A DNA stretch of 64,000 bases, taken from contig OY740781.1 in NCBI GenBank assembly GCA_963514005.1, forward strand, positions 182,280,001-182,344,000. Reading direction: 5' to 3'. Of the stretch, positions 62,566 through 64,000 are shown in pieces. Below the pieces are notes generated by a model. It was given only the letters and a program-made list of their open reading frames with translations, made no database searches and had not been told where the DNA came from. Position 1 is the first letter of the stretch; the number at the start of each line of letters is the position of its first letter. Origin of the DNA: Raja brachyura. Its lineage: Eukaryota. Position numbers and translations under genes: made by a program.

Positions 62566-64000
62566 ACAACTTATTTCGCTGGACAGTTCAAGATACAAAA
62601 TATTGCTGTAATTGAAGATTGAAATGCTAAATAACAGGTGATAAATACAAGAAACACAGCTAACAGTGCTTTAAAATGTGTTGTGTTGCACGAACTGGAT
62701 TTAGTACAAGAAGAGCTTGTGTAAGAAGAGTTACATAAAATTAATCATAATCAAAAATACAGAAAATGCTGGGCAAACGGGTCTGTCCTATATTTATTTC
62801 TTGGTTGGAAAAATATATTGATTCTTTAGTTAGTCAACCTGTTTCCAATTTACTCTGGTTATAGAGCTAATTAATAAGACTATTTGTTAGGGCAGTCCAA
62901 GTATTGAGTTAGTTAGTTAATTTATTTATTGCCATGTGTACAGAGATTCAGTGAAATGCTTGCTCTGCATGCTATCCAGTTGCAAGCATAAGATACTTGA
63001 GCACAATCGATCCTCTTCTGGAACAACACAAAAAGGTTTTGGGGCGAAGAGATATTCTCACTGTAACGTCTGGAGTCCTGGCAGCACTGGATCACTGATG
63101 GATCACGGCTGGTCCAATGCAAAGCCATCAGCTCCTTCCACTGCCACTCTGTGCTGCTGCTACAGGTTGTGAGCGACTCACTCATCTCACCTGATCTCAC
63201 CAAGTATTCATCAGCTGCCAGGGGCAAGTTTAATTATTATCATCTACAATACAGCTTATTAATTGGAAGTCCCTCTGAAGTGGTTTCTTAAATATATCAT
63301 AAATATACTGTATCTTAAATATATGAATTAGTGGTCTAACGCCTATTGTTTTGTTCGAGCTTGAGGTTCTAGGGAATACAGCATGCACCAACTAGCTTTA
63401 AAGAATGGAGGCTATCAGCTCCTTCCATGCCATAGTCCACACCAATCATGCATTTCGGACTTACTCGAGGACAGCTTTCAGTGAGCTAAATTGCTTTTCA
63501 TTGATCAGGCAAAGTGTTTGTTAAGGAATGAAAACACTTTGCCTGATTTAAAGCTAGTAATTAATCTGTTAATGAATCCCAAGGTTCATATGCTAATGAT
63601 TTTAGGTTCTCAGTGACCAAGCTGTGACTATCCTATACAAGATACTGGAAGTTGTCCTTGGACTTTGTGGTAATCATGACCATCAATGGTGTTATGGACA
63701 GATTAATCTACCACAGATCCTGAAGCAAGGTGACATAGGTTTACCCCCATGTCACATTTGCTTCCCACCTGCACAGACTAAGACTGGCGATTTTATCCTT
63801 TGTGACTCTACCAGCTAAGATTTTTTTTTCCTGTTTTTCAACATAGAGGTGCATTAACTCCGAGGGATGAATTGCAAGTAGTAACCAGGAGGAGGTTTTA
63901 TTTTCATTAATTGAAATAATGCTTTGAGACTCCATGGAGCCTTGAGTCAATGCTGAGAATTCTGAAGGCTGCCTTCTTTCTTCTTGTCATGCCATTGCCT

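Noticed and set aside
63815-63920. Strong plus-strand acceptor TTTTTTTCCTGTTTTTCAACATAG
   Set aside because: No convincing donor or recognisable peptide downstream within the window.

Overview
Eukaryotic, AT-rich, repeat-dense, apparently non-coding DNA (large intron or intergenic region). The repeat mix points by inference to a cartilaginous fish, probably a skate or ray: HE1/V-SINE-type tRNA SINEs with CR1 tails, CR1, Rex1/Babar, Tx1 and Penelope retroelements, plus Tc1, PIF/Harbinger MITE and Helitron-like DNA elements. I could not support any host protein-coding gene. The recognisable ORFs are decayed retroelement RT or endonuclease fragments; the rest look like chance ORFs. Highlights: (1) about 20 Penelope-derived pieces with a minimal hammerhead-ribozyme motif, several being 80-180 bp inserts with their own target-site duplications (TSDs) and a shared 5' boundary at the core; (2) a 70-nt, 31-bp-stem hairpin at 58025-58094 whose four mismatches are all G-U on the minus strand (pre-miRNA candidate); (3) two unrelated solo-LTR-like units tail-to-tail at 39348-40265; (4) two Helitron-like copies with a shared 5' end and different GC-rich interiors; (5) a near-perfect 344-bp local duplication. 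Boundaries of degenerate repeats are approximate and read by eye.
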